56,403 nt of DNA, from the IMG/VR virus record IMGVR_UViG_3300048584_000026, positions 1 to 56,403 of that record. The stretch is one strand, 5' to 3'. The DNA is from a virus. Its lineage: Duplodnaviria > Caudoviricetes. The position numbers and the translations under genes are program-made. Every line of letters starts with the position of its first letter. Positions within the stretch are counted from its first letter, which is position 1. This document shows, in pieces, positions 47,059 to 55,661 of the stretch. Under the pieces are notes generated by a model that made no database searches, was not told the DNA's origin, and was given only the letters and a program-made list of their open reading frames with translations.

Positions 47059-47460
47059 TCAGAGGCCGCCGTCGGGATCGCCCGATTCGTTGTCGCTGGC
47101 GGCTTCGTGAGCGGTCGCCAGAGCAAGCAGATCGGCCTTCTTGGCGTTGGCTTCGAAGGTCACGCCATGGAAGGTCAGGTAGGCGCGGAGTTGATCGACG
47201 GACTTCTTGTCCACCGTCACGTCCTGACCGTCAAAGTCCGGCAGCAGGACGACTTCCGGCTCCGAGGCCACGACCGTACCGCCTTCGCTGATCGGATCGC
47301 GGTAGTGCAGCTTGCCGGTCGCCTTGGACAGGCGGTCGAACAGTTCGATTTCAGAATCGGTCAGGTCCACGACCTTGCCGGGTGCGAAGCGGACGCGGCG
47401 CTTGGTGCCTTCGACTTCGCGGTCCGTGGTGAAAGCCACGAGGAGCAGCTTGAGTGCCAT
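47059..47460 (-). CDS. Hypothetical head-associated protein
   Basis: HeH/LEM-like VDQLRAYL...KKADLLAL; ends GDPDGGL. Confidence 0.65.
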   Translation of the reverse strand: MALKLLLVAFTTDREVEGTKRRVRFAPGKVVDLTDSEIELFDRLSKATGKLHYRDPISEGGTVVASEPEVVLLPDFDGQDVTVDKKSVDQLRAYLTFHGVTFEANAKKADLLALATAHEAASDNESGDPDGGL

Positions 47461-47500
47461 ATTCAGGGTTCCTTGATTCTCTGGGTGGCGGGTAGGCAGG

Positions 47501-47530
47501 AAAGGGGGGCCGGTCTCCCAGCCCCCCTCC
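47501..47530 (-). terminator. Terminator after the major capsid gene
   Basis: GGGGGGC...GCCCCCCTTT hairpin on the minus strand. Confidence 0.6.
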
Positions 47531-47542
47531 TAGTCCAAGCTA

Positions 47543-48634
47543 TCAGGCGTCGGGATCGTGCGCCTGCAACTTGAAGCTGTTGTTCGGCTCCATGGGAACC
47601 GGCAGCGGTGCCGACTGGGTGAGGGTGTATTCCTTCGCCGGGTCAGCGTTCTTCTGGTCCACGATACGCGGGAACATCCGCATGGCGCGAAGCTGGGCGT
47701 TCGGGTCCTTGATGGCCCCGAAGGTCTGAACACCGTTGAGCTTGTTGCCCACGCCGACGACCGCGTTGGTGTCGATGTAGTGTTCCTCGGTGAGCGCGCC
47801 CGTGGCCGGGTTACGCTCGTGGTAGTACCCGGCGTAGGTCCAGATACGGACTCGGGCTGCCGACTGACCCCCGGCCAGAACGGCCTTGAGTTCGGCTTCC
47901 TTGTCGGTCTCGGCCTGCCCGAGGATCAGCGCGTCGGCAGCGGTGCCGCCGATACGGTAGTTCGTGTCGAGCAGTTCCTTCACGTCGGCGTTCTTGTAGA
48001 AGCGGTCGTACGCTTCTTCGCCCATGATGATGTCGGTGATGCGCCCGCCCGAGAGCTTGCGCGCCAGCTTCATCTTCACGTTCAGGTCGTCGAGCGGAGT
48101 AGCGCCCGATTCGCCCCAGCGCGCGGTGCCGGACAGAACTTCGGTCAGGCCAGCGTCACGGTTGAAGTCGATGGTGACGCGGGGATAGTCCTCGCCTTCC
48201 ACCACGACCGCGCCGTTGACGAGCGCCTGCGAACACATCCAGTTGATCCGGCGCTCGATCATCTCGCGCTCCAGACGGAAGTTCTCGGCGATGGTCGCGT
48301 CGTACCGCTGCTGCGGCGTCAGGTTCCCCGTGCCGATGGATTCACCGGCCCGGCGCTTGAACTGCTGATTGATGTCGATGTCGTGCTTCGGCTTGACATA
48401 GGCAGGCTTGAACGACCGGGTGTCGAAGCCGCCCTTCGCCATGACACGCCCTTCGACGTGCGGGGCGACGAACGGAGCGAGGATGTAGCGATCTTCCGTG
48501 ATCTCGTCGAACATCACCTTCTCGGTCGTGAAGGTGATCTCGTCCGGAAACCACTGGAGGAAGAAAAGCGGGTCGATCTGCTGGCGGTTCTGAACGCCAA
48601 TCAGGGTCATCGTATCATAGAGTTCAACGGCCAT
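47543..48634 (-). CDS. Major capsid protein (lambda gpE family)
   Basis: LAPFVAP, FKPAYVKPK, TQSAPLPVP. Confidence 0.92.
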   Translation of the reverse strand: MAVELYDTMTLIGVQNRQQIDPLFFLQWFPDEITFTTEKVMFDEITEDRYILAPFVAPHVEGRVMAKGGFDTRSFKPAYVKPKHDIDINQQFKRRAGESIGTGNLTPQQRYDATIAENFRLEREMIERRINWMCSQALVNGAVVVEGEDYPRVTIDFNRDAGLTEVLSGTARWGESGATPLDDLNVKMKLARKLSGGRITDIIMGEEAYDRFYKNADVKELLDTNYRIGGTAADALILGQAETDKEAELKAVLAGGQSAARVRIWTYAGYYHERNPATGALTEEHYIDTNAVVGVGNKLNGVQTFGAIKDPNAQLRAMRMFPRIVDQKNADPAKEYTLTQSAPLPVPMEPNNSFKLQAHDPDA

Positions 48635-48740
48635 GTGGCGTCTCCTTCGCAGGTCCCCCGTTCCTATCTGAACGGCACAGGAAATTGGTTACTTGAAATT
48701 CCCGGCGGCCACAAGAGCCGCCGGGAGGATTGGTCGTGGA

Positions 48741-49196
48741 TCAGAGCAGACGCTTGACCCGGAACGGAGCGCCCCAACGCTCCAGAGCCGCCATGCGGGT
48801 CTCGTAGGTCGTGAGACCAGCGGGCCAGACAAGCAGATCGGGGTTGAAGCAGCCGCCGCAGTAGTACGGGCCGTAGGTGTCGGCGTTGAAGCCGCCCGCA
48901 CGGGTGTCCATATCCGCCGCTGCCACGCCGACCGGGAAAGCAACCGGGCTGGGTGCCGTCTGGCTGCTCGCGCCGCCCGTGACTGCAACAGTCGCGGTCG
49001 GGTCCCACGGAACCAGATCGCCGGTCGCATCCTTGGCGAGGATGGTGAGGACCGCGATGTTCTGGTTCGTCTTGTAGAGGGCCGCCGAAGTCTTGATGTC
49101 ATCTTCGGCGGTGAAAAGCTGGGTCGGGGAGAACGAGCCTTCCAGCGTGTTCCCCTGTGCCTGCCATTCGGTGTTGCTATAGCCGTCAACAGCCAT
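48741..49196 (-). CDS. Head decoration protein (gpD-like)
   Basis: LVPWDP...YYCGGCFNPDLLVWP; lies between protease and capsid genes. Confidence 0.8.
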   Translation of the reverse strand: MAVDGYSNTEWQAQGNTLEGSFSPTQLFTAEDDIKTSAALYKTNQNIAVLTILAKDATGDLVPWDPTATVAVTGGASSQTAPSPVAFPVGVAAADMDTRAGGFNADTYGPYYCGGCFNPDLLVWPAGLTTYETRMAALERWGAPFRVKRLL

Positions 49197-49244
49197 GGTG
49201 TGTGTCTCCTTGTGAAATGGTTTCCATGGAGAGCAGGATCAGGC

Positions 49245-49730
49245 TTACGCCTTCGCCTGCTCCAGCTTACGGCCCGTCGCTGCCGCCTGCGCGCCCATGA
49301 TGCGAGCGACATTGGCCGAGACAGCATCGCCATCACCGCCGCCGTCCTTGCCGTCCGGACCGACGTTCGGATGCTTGTCCGTGTCCATGGCCTGCTCGAA
49401 CTGCGACTTGCCCTTGGCCTTGTCGTCAGCGTCGTCGCCTTCCATGTACTCGTCGTCGTCCTCGTCGTCCTTCTTCTTCTTGGACTTCTTCTCGCCGCCC
49501 TTGGCCGCTTCGCCCGAGTCGTCGCCTTCCGGCTCGTCCTTCTTGGCTTCGGCCTTCGGCGAGACCTTGAGCATCGCCACGGCGTCGTCAACCGACATGT
49601 CGGTGTTGTAGGCCAGATGCTCGGCGAGACCTTCACGGCCTGCTGCTTCTTCGTGGGTCATAATGCCCTTGATACGCGCCTTCGTTTCGTTCGCAACGGC
49701 GGCCCGATCCTCGGAACTGATTTCTGCCAT
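49245..49730 (-). CDS. Nested in-frame scaffold protein (lambda Nu3-like)
   Basis: Internal GGAGGA RBS before MAEISSEDR; RIKGIM..EEAAGRE.LA motif. Confidence 0.65.
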   Translation of the reverse strand: MAEISSEDRAAVANETKARIKGIMTHEEAAGREGLAEHLAYNTDMSVDDAVAMLKVSPKAEAKKDEPEGDDSGEAAKGGEKKSKKKKDDEDDDEYMEGDDADDKAKGKSQFEQAMDTDKHPNVGPDGKDGGGDGDAVSANVARIMGAQAAATGRKLEQAKA

Positions 49731-50651
49731 GGTTACTTCCTCCTGAGAGTCCTCTACGGTGGGTTCATCTGACTTGCCAAGCTCAGCTACAAACGACGCC
49801 ACCGCCGTCGTTGGAGATTCCGCCGCGTCGATCAGGCCGAGCGACAACGCTTCCGACGGCCTCATTACACGAGCCTCGGTACCCTTGACAACACTTTCTT
49901 CGATGCCTCGAAATTCGGCCACGGCGCGATGAAACTCAGTCGCGCGCTCGTCTACCATGCTTTGCAGATACGCCCGGTCCTCCTCGGACATCGGCTCGTA
50001 CATGTTGCCGCTCGTCTTGAACTTGCCGTTCTTGATGAAATCGGTCTCGATTCCCCAGTCGGCGAGCATCTTGGCGATGTTCATGTGAAGGATGTAGACG
50101 CCGATGCTGCCGACCGATCCGGACGGTGCGCAGACGATCCGGTTGCACGGCGCTGCCAGCCAGAAGCCGCCCGAGGCGGACAGGCTGTTGACGAGCGCCA
50201 TGGTCGGCTTCTCCAGCCCCGCGATCTCGCGCGCAAGCTCGTCACACCCAGCCGCCTCGCCGCCCGGCGAATCGTGATCGAACACGATCAGGGTGACATC
50301 GGGGTCCTTGTCAGCGAGGTTCATCTGCTTCCGGATGAAATCATATCCGGTCACGAAGCCCCAGCAATAGTTGAAGCGGTTAATCAGGATGCCGTGGACA
50401 GGGATCACCGCTACGCCGTCCTGATAGATGAAGGGCTTGGTCGGGCCGTCCGGGCCATCCTCATAGCCCCACGCCCCGGCAACCTCGCCCCGAACCTCGT
50501 TCCAAGCGGCCCCCGGGTCCGTCACCTGTTCGGCTTCGCTGAGAAGCCCCATCAGCATTGATTCGGCGTGACGGTCGCTGATAAGGCAATCGCCTGCCGA
50601 CATGCGGCTAAGGGTTTTCGCCATCAGACCGCGCTTACGCAGCTTCGTCAT
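49245..50651 (-). CDS. S49 capsid maturation protease
   Basis: VAVIPVHG, DSPGG, SASGGFWLA, GSIGV. Confidence 0.9.
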   Translation of the reverse strand: MTKLRKRGLMAKTLSRMSAGDCLISDRHAESMLMGLLSEAEQVTDPGAAWNEVRGEVAGAWGYEDGPDGPTKPFIYQDGVAVIPVHGILINRFNYCWGFVTGYDFIRKQMNLADKDPDVTLIVFDHDSPGGEAAGCDELAREIAGLEKPTMALVNSLSASGGFWLAAPCNRIVCAPSGSVGSIGVYILHMNIAKMLADWGIETDFIKNGKFKTSGNMYEPMSEEDRAYLQSMVDERATEFHRAVAEFRGIEESVVKGTEARVMRPSEALSLGLIDAAESPTTAVASFVAELGKSDEPTVEDSQEEVTMAEISSEDRAAVANETKARIKGIMTHEEAAGREGLAEHLAYNTDMSVDDAVAMLKVSPKAEAKKDEPEGDDSGEAAKGGEKKSKKKKDDEDDDEYMEGDDADDKAKGKSQFEQAMDTDKHPNVGPDGKDGGGDGDAVSANVARIMGAQAAATGRKLEQAKA

Positions 50652-52423
50652 TGTGTGCCTCCATTGCCGCCCAGTACCATGTCGCCGAAGTGCCGCGCAA
50701 GCTCCGAGGGGAGGCGTACCGTGACGCTATCCCCATCGTCGTCCATTTCGGTCTCGTCCTGCTGCTCCTGAGCCTCCTGAGCGTCCTCCTGAGCCTGATC
50801 GCCCCCTTGGCCGGTGTTGCCCTTGTTGGTCCCCATGTCGAACACCAGAGAGCGTTCTGACATGACCCCGGCCTCCAGCGCCTTCTGCTCGAAAATCTCG
50901 CGCCAGTCCTCGCCCAGACGCCCGATCTCGATCTCGTAGGTGGACAGGCCCGCCTTGATCCGGAGGATCGCGGCCTGCGTTTCCTTGAGTTCGTCGATCT
51001 GCCCGGTGCCGGTGCCGATCCACGAGCAACGGCTGAACGCCTCGCGCATCAGGGGCCGGTAGTAGTCGTCACGGGTGAAGCCCGGCGGAAGCGGGACCTC
51101 CCCCTGCGAAATGAACTCCTCAAGCACGTTGCCGTAGATCGCGTTCGCCAGACGATCCGCGACCATCTTCTTGCGCGCGCGCATCGACCGGCGAGTGTTC
51201 TCCGTAGAGAGCTTCGCGGTCGCGTAGGACATCCGCGAATAGTCGCGGCTGAACTCGGCATAGTCCAGACCGAGAGCGGCGGCTGTGTGCCGAAGCAGCG
51301 AAGCCTCGAAATCAGTTCCGACTCCGCCGGGCGTACCGAGCGTTTTCATGTTCAGCTTGGTGCCGGGGTACAGGTGCGGGATCATCGCGCCGTCGAGCGC
51401 GATGTTCTCTGCCCCGGACAGGTACTTCTGCAAGCCCGCCAGATAGGCCCCGATGGCATCGTTCAAGGATTCCGCGTTCGAGGCGTCTCCGCCCATGGCG
51501 ACAATCATTTCCGCCGTCGGCATCTCCGATTCGATGGCAGCGCAGTAGGTCGCATTGATGACCGCGTTCTGGAGAACCACGTCCTGCAAGTGCTTGGTCA
51601 TCCGCATACGCTTGAGGGCTGCGACCATATCGGCCACGCCGCGATGCTGATCCGGGAAAAGCTGCTCGATGATATGGACGACTTGCGGACGACCCCACGG
51701 CTTGTAGCGAGGGACGTAGGCGAAATCGAGCATGTCGTATGCGCCGGGCCAGAAGGCGTTCGGGTGGTTCCGCTGGAAGTAGTATCCAACGGGCTTGCCC
51801 CGTGCATCGACCTTGACCCCGCGCCGCATATCGCGCGTGTCGCTTTGCCAGTCCGGGTTACGGAGACGGCTGGGATCGACCGACTGGAAGCATGTCTTGA
51901 TCGGTCGCCCGGCGGAGCGATCCCACTCCGAGGTCTCGATGATCTCCCCAGTCATCACGAACCCGGCTACGCCGAGCCTGATCTTGCCGGTGAACGTGTT
52001 CATGCCTGCCGCGTCAAGGTAGCAGGCTTCGCTCTCGGCGATCAGGTGGAACCGATCTTCGATCACTCGCTGGGCCGCGTCCGCCCACTCTTTCGTCGCG
52101 CCGGGGATCATCTTCCACGCGATCTTGGCGTTCAGCCGGTACTGCGCGCCAACAATCGAATCCATGTGCGTCTGGATCGCGCCACGGGCATAGCCATCGT
52201 TGATGACCATATCCTTCGCCCGCGCGTCAGCAGGCTCCTTGACCGAGTTGATAGCCCGGTCAGGCGGGACCGCAGCCACGTCCCAGTTGTGGGTCTCCCG
52301 GCTGGTACGTTCTGCGCCCTCCAGTCCGCCGCCGAGCGCCTGCTCGCTGCTACGGTAAATCTGGATGTCGGTCCGGCCACGGGTTGCTTTGCCGAAGTCG
52401 AAAATCTGCTGTTCAGCGTTCAT
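50648..52423 (-). CDS. Portal protein (lambda gpB family)
   Basis: GVKVDARGKPVGYY, QHRGV, SRDYSRMSYA, IDELKE. Confidence 0.92.
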   Translation of the reverse strand: MNAEQQIFDFGKATRGRTDIQIYRSSEQALGGGLEGAERTSRETHNWDVAAVPPDRAINSVKEPADARAKDMVINDGYARGAIQTHMDSIVGAQYRLNAKIAWKMIPGATKEWADAAQRVIEDRFHLIAESEACYLDAAGMNTFTGKIRLGVAGFVMTGEIIETSEWDRSAGRPIKTCFQSVDPSRLRNPDWQSDTRDMRRGVKVDARGKPVGYYFQRNHPNAFWPGAYDMLDFAYVPRYKPWGRPQVVHIIEQLFPDQHRGVADMVAALKRMRMTKHLQDVVLQNAVINATYCAAIESEMPTAEMIVAMGGDASNAESLNDAIGAYLAGLQKYLSGAENIALDGAMIPHLYPGTKLNMKTLGTPGGVGTDFEASLLRHTAAALGLDYAEFSRDYSRMSYATAKLSTENTRRSMRARKKMVADRLANAIYGNVLEEFISQGEVPLPPGFTRDDYYRPLMREAFSRCSWIGTGTGQIDELKETQAAILRIKAGLSTYEIEIGRLGEDWREIFEQKALEAGVMSERSLVFDMGTNKGNTGQGGDQAQEDAQEAQEQQDETEMDDDGDSVTVRLPSELARHFGDMVLGGNGGTQ

Positions 52424-52674
52424 CGGGGGGTCCTCCGCCCAAACAGAAACCGGATTGGCCCGCGATACTGGGCGAAGGCCGACCCTGTACACTGGGCCTT
52501 CTCGTTTTCCAACTGGCTGATGTAGGAGAGAAGGCTGTTGATCGAGACCTTGGAGTAAGACACGCTCTCCCCGTTCTGGTCAACGATCCTCGAAACCATC
52601 TGGCCGGTCATAAGCTCGTCGTACGCCTTGCGGGCAGCGGCGAGGCGCGCGTCGATAGTGTTGCAGTCTGCCAT
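52420..52674 (-). CDS. Head completion protein (gpW-like)
   Basis: ARKAYDELMTG...NGESVSY...LLSYISQLE. Confidence 0.85.
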   Translation of the reverse strand: MADCNTIDARLAAARKAYDELMTGQMVSRIVDQNGESVSYSKVSINSLLSYISQLENEKAQCTGSAFAQYRGPIRFLFGRRTPR

Positions 52675-52684
52675 GGGCCAGTCC

Positions 52685-54883
52685 TCAAGCAATCTTGGAA
52701 GCGATTTCGCTCAGGTCATAACGGGTTTTCTTGCGCTCTGCAAATGCTTCGCTGCCCTGCCGGATGATAAACGGGTTGTCGGGGTCGTCCGGATCGGCCC
52801 AGACCGGAACTCGGTTCCAAAAACTAGGCCGCTCGCAGCGGATGTACTTGGTCATACATAGACCAATGGCGTAATACAGCAAGTCCCATGCTTCGTTGTT
52901 CCTGACGCCGGGTGCTTTGACCCAGCCCTTTTCTTTCAGGACCTCGGAGCAGAACTCCTTGAACAGCCAAGCCGGGTTCCACTTGGGGATTCTTACCATG
53001 CCTTTATTAGGCACTTCGGAGGAAAGTCTGTTGTTCGCTTCGTTCTTCAACTGATTCGAGTTCAACTGCCAGACCGGAACGTCACCGCGCGCCGTGGCAA
53101 GGTTCTTCCTGTCACTGGCGTCAGGGAAAGTCTCCCGGACCTGAGGCGCGTTGGGCGTACCCGTACCCTTGAGCAGCAGGAAACGATTTCCGAGTCCAAC
53201 AGCCTTGAGGGTGCGCCAGAACGCATAAGCGTTCGCAGTCACGCCAGCCTTACCCCCGGAGTCGCAACCCGCGATCCGGATAGCCATACGCGTATCACGA
53301 CCCTGCATAGGGTAGCTGCGCTTCACGACTTGATCTGTCAGGAGGTCCCAGTCCTCTAGGTAGGTCCCCGGCTTGACCCACTGGACATCGCCATCCTCGT
53401 CCTTGCGCTTCGACTTGCGAATGTCGAACCGCTCCACCAGCACGAGGTCATAAGGCTCGCCGGGAACAACGCCCCAGACCTGTACGACGAACATGTTCTT
53501 CTGCACGTCGATAGTAGCCAGAAGAAAAGCGATCTCGGAAATGATTTCAATCTCGCCGGTCTCAGGGTTGCGTCCGAAGTCCTCCGCCCGAGAGATCAGG
53601 TCCTCTGGGGTGCGTTCGGCTTCGGCAGCCTTCGGCTTATAGGGCCGCCCCAAGTCGGTGTTGTAGAACTTGCGCAGCGGCTCCTCGTTCAGTGTGGAGT
53701 CAAACTCCTCCTCCGCTGTCAGGTATGCTGCGACCAGTTTCGGCCAGTTGGTGAAGGCCGCAGAGCATCCCTCCAGCCAATAGCTCGCATACTTCGACCG
53801 GCGGGGATTGCCGATGACGCGGCCTGCCTCGATCCGGCAGCCGTCAGGCAGCCAGAGACCGTTCTGGGCGAGCGTGAACCGCTCGTCAGGGTGAATCTTG
53901 CCCTCGCAAACAGGACACTTGAGGCGGACGGTCTCGGCGGCATCAAGGCCGTTCGCAAACGGGTCCCACTCCAGCAGTTCAAACCGAGGCTCGAAATACT
54001 CGCCACATCTGCCGCAAGGAATGTACCAGCGCCGACGGTCGCCGCGATTGTACAGGGCCAGAATCCCCGTGGTCGGGGGTGCCTCGTGCGCTGTCTTGGG
54101 GACGTAACGAAAGTCCGTAATCGCGCGGCTGGGGGAGGACTCGCAGAGGGTCATCGCGAAAGAGCCGTACGAGGTCGTGCGCTTGGTCGCCAAGTCGAAA
54201 GGGTCGCCTTCCCCGTCGATGTCATCCTCCATGCGGTCGCGGTCAGTCAGCGCGATCCGGGGGATAGGCTTACCGGCGAGTTCGGCTTTCGTCGGCCACG
54301 CGAGGCCAAGGATCGTTCCGTTCTTGTAGTGCTTGTCGAACTTGTTGTCCGCGTCACGGCTCTCCAGAAGCTCTTTGCCCACAAGCTCAGAGTCCCGGTG
54401 CAAGCGGTCGATACGCCGGTTTGAGAAGTCGCGGGCGTTGCCCTGCGTCGGGGAGAAGATGGTCATGTCCGACGGCTCTGCGCGAACCGAGTAGCCTGCC
54501 CAGTTCAGGATCAACTCGGTTTTGCCGCACTGGGCCGGACCCACAAAGATAACCGCATCAAGCTCCGGGTCCACCAGCTTGTCCAACGGCTCCCGAAGGT
54601 ACGGCGCATACGAAAAGCGCCAAGGCCCGACGTAGCCCGGCGCGTTGTTCAGGTAGCGTTCTTGCTCCGTCCATTCAGACGGCTTACGGTGATCGGGATC
54701 GAGCCATATCTGCTCGACGGTCCGGCAGACTACATCACCGAGATCGCTATAGCCCGTTATACTGGTCCTCGGTTTCCGGGGAGCCAAGAAGGCCAGTTCC
54801 TCGCTCGTCAACCGGCTCGTGTTCACGAACGAGGAGAGGGCCGTCAGGTCCATGTCCTGCGTCGTACTCGGGGCCGTCGCCAT
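52685..54883 (-). CDS. Terminase large subunit (lambda gpA family)
   Basis: GPAQCGKTE, GDRRRWYIPC, TIDVQ, CDSGG, NEAWDLLYYA. Confidence 0.95.
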   Translation of the reverse strand: MATAPSTTQDMDLTALSSFVNTSRLTSEELAFLAPRKPRTSITGYSDLGDVVCRTVEQIWLDPDHRKPSEWTEQERYLNNAPGYVGPWRFSYAPYLREPLDKLVDPELDAVIFVGPAQCGKTELILNWAGYSVRAEPSDMTIFSPTQGNARDFSNRRIDRLHRDSELVGKELLESRDADNKFDKHYKNGTILGLAWPTKAELAGKPIPRIALTDRDRMEDDIDGEGDPFDLATKRTTSYGSFAMTLCESSPSRAITDFRYVPKTAHEAPPTTGILALYNRGDRRRWYIPCGRCGEYFEPRFELLEWDPFANGLDAAETVRLKCPVCEGKIHPDERFTLAQNGLWLPDGCRIEAGRVIGNPRRSKYASYWLEGCSAAFTNWPKLVAAYLTAEEEFDSTLNEEPLRKFYNTDLGRPYKPKAAEAERTPEDLISRAEDFGRNPETGEIEIISEIAFLLATIDVQKNMFVVQVWGVVPGEPYDLVLVERFDIRKSKRKDEDGDVQWVKPGTYLEDWDLLTDQVVKRSYPMQGRDTRMAIRIAGCDSGGKAGVTANAYAFWRTLKAVGLGNRFLLLKGTGTPNAPQVRETFPDASDRKNLATARGDVPVWQLNSNQLKNEANNRLSSEVPNKGMVRIPKWNPAWLFKEFCSEVLKEKGWVKAPGVRNNEAWDLLYYAIGLCMTKYIRCERPSFWNRVPVWADPDDPDNPFIIRQGSEAFAERKKTRYDLSEIASKIA

Positions 54884-55421
54884 ATCCTTCGAACTCCTTC
54901 ATAATCGCTTTGCGTCCCTCCACCAGCGCGCCTTCGACGACGCGGCGAACAACGGCCTTCTGCTCTCGGCTCAGGCCCGCTTCGCGCTCGATTGTGTCAG
55001 GTAGCAGCAGGAGGATCATACGGACGCTGTTGAACAGCACTGAGATCAGCCGCACAACGCGGCTGGTGCGCCAGAGATCACCGATCATCTCCTCGTACGA
55101 CGCACGGGTTTTTTGGGCGCTCCAGAAGGCGTTCTGGAGCATCGGCGGGAGGTCTGAGTGGTTCATGTTCATAATGACGCGCTCGATGTCGTAGCCCGGC
55201 TTGACAAGCCGGGTAGCGGCCTCTGGGACCGAGTAGATCGGCGTACCCCGGCGGCGACCGACCGGCACAAGGCTGGAGACCTTGCTGGTGACGACCTTAG
55301 GGTCCATTTTGAACATGATGGCAAGCTGACGGATAGTCGCGCCCTCGTAGATGATCGCCGAGCTTTCGGGATCGTCCGACCGGACCAGATTTTCGTCTTG
55401 CTTACGTGCCGCCGAAGCCAC
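54747..55421 (-). CDS. Terminase small subunit (DUF1441-like)
   Basis: HTH TIRQLAIMF, LPPMLQNAFW, LLPDTIEREAGL; overlaps terL; ends EDQYNGL. Confidence 0.8.
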   Translation of the reverse strand: MASAARKQDENLVRSDDPESSAIIYEGATIRQLAIMFKMDPKVVTSKVSSLVPVGRRRGTPIYSVPEAATRLVKPGYDIERVIMNMNHSDLPPMLQNAFWSAQKTRASYEEMIGDLWRTSRVVRLISVLFNSVRMILLLLPDTIEREAGLSREQKAVVRRVVEGALVEGRKAIMKEFEGYGDGPEYDAGHGPDGPLLVREHEPVDERGTGLLGSPETEDQYNGL

Positions 55422-55661
55422 TTATAGACCTTTCCAGATTTTGTATCGCGCGTTGTGAATCGCGTCCTCGACCGTAGGACCTTCTGCACAGGCATACAGG
55501 GTACCGGGCGACAACACAACCGACGGACCGTCGCCGGGAGCATAGAGCGAGCAATAGAACGGCCCGCTCTCCCCTCCGTTGATGGCGAACAATGCGCTGA
55601 TGTAGGTACGCTCGCTAGTCAAAAGCCGCAGCAAGTGAGGCTCGATCTGAGGTCTGGGCAT
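55422..55661 (-). CDS. Small hypothetical protein
   Basis: AGGAGTCGA RBS; ends WKGL. Confidence 0.55.
   Translation of the reverse strand: MPRPQIEPHLLRLLTSERTYISALFAINGGESGPFYCSLYAPGDGPSVVLSPGTLYACAEGPTVEDAIHNARYKIWKGL

Larger units (their letters stand above)
982..53549. repeat. Dispersed 13-bp palindrome GGAAAT[C/G]ATTTCC (about 25 copies)
   Basis: Perfect at 4763, 11585, 12526, 22910, 24809, 27087, 37285, 44318; terminal mismatch at 982, 7190, 12483, 14612, 18929, 19850, 23583, 26045, 35668, 45978, 53537; inner variants at 4214, 15564, 32521, 34192, 40663, 49213. Confidence 0.92.
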
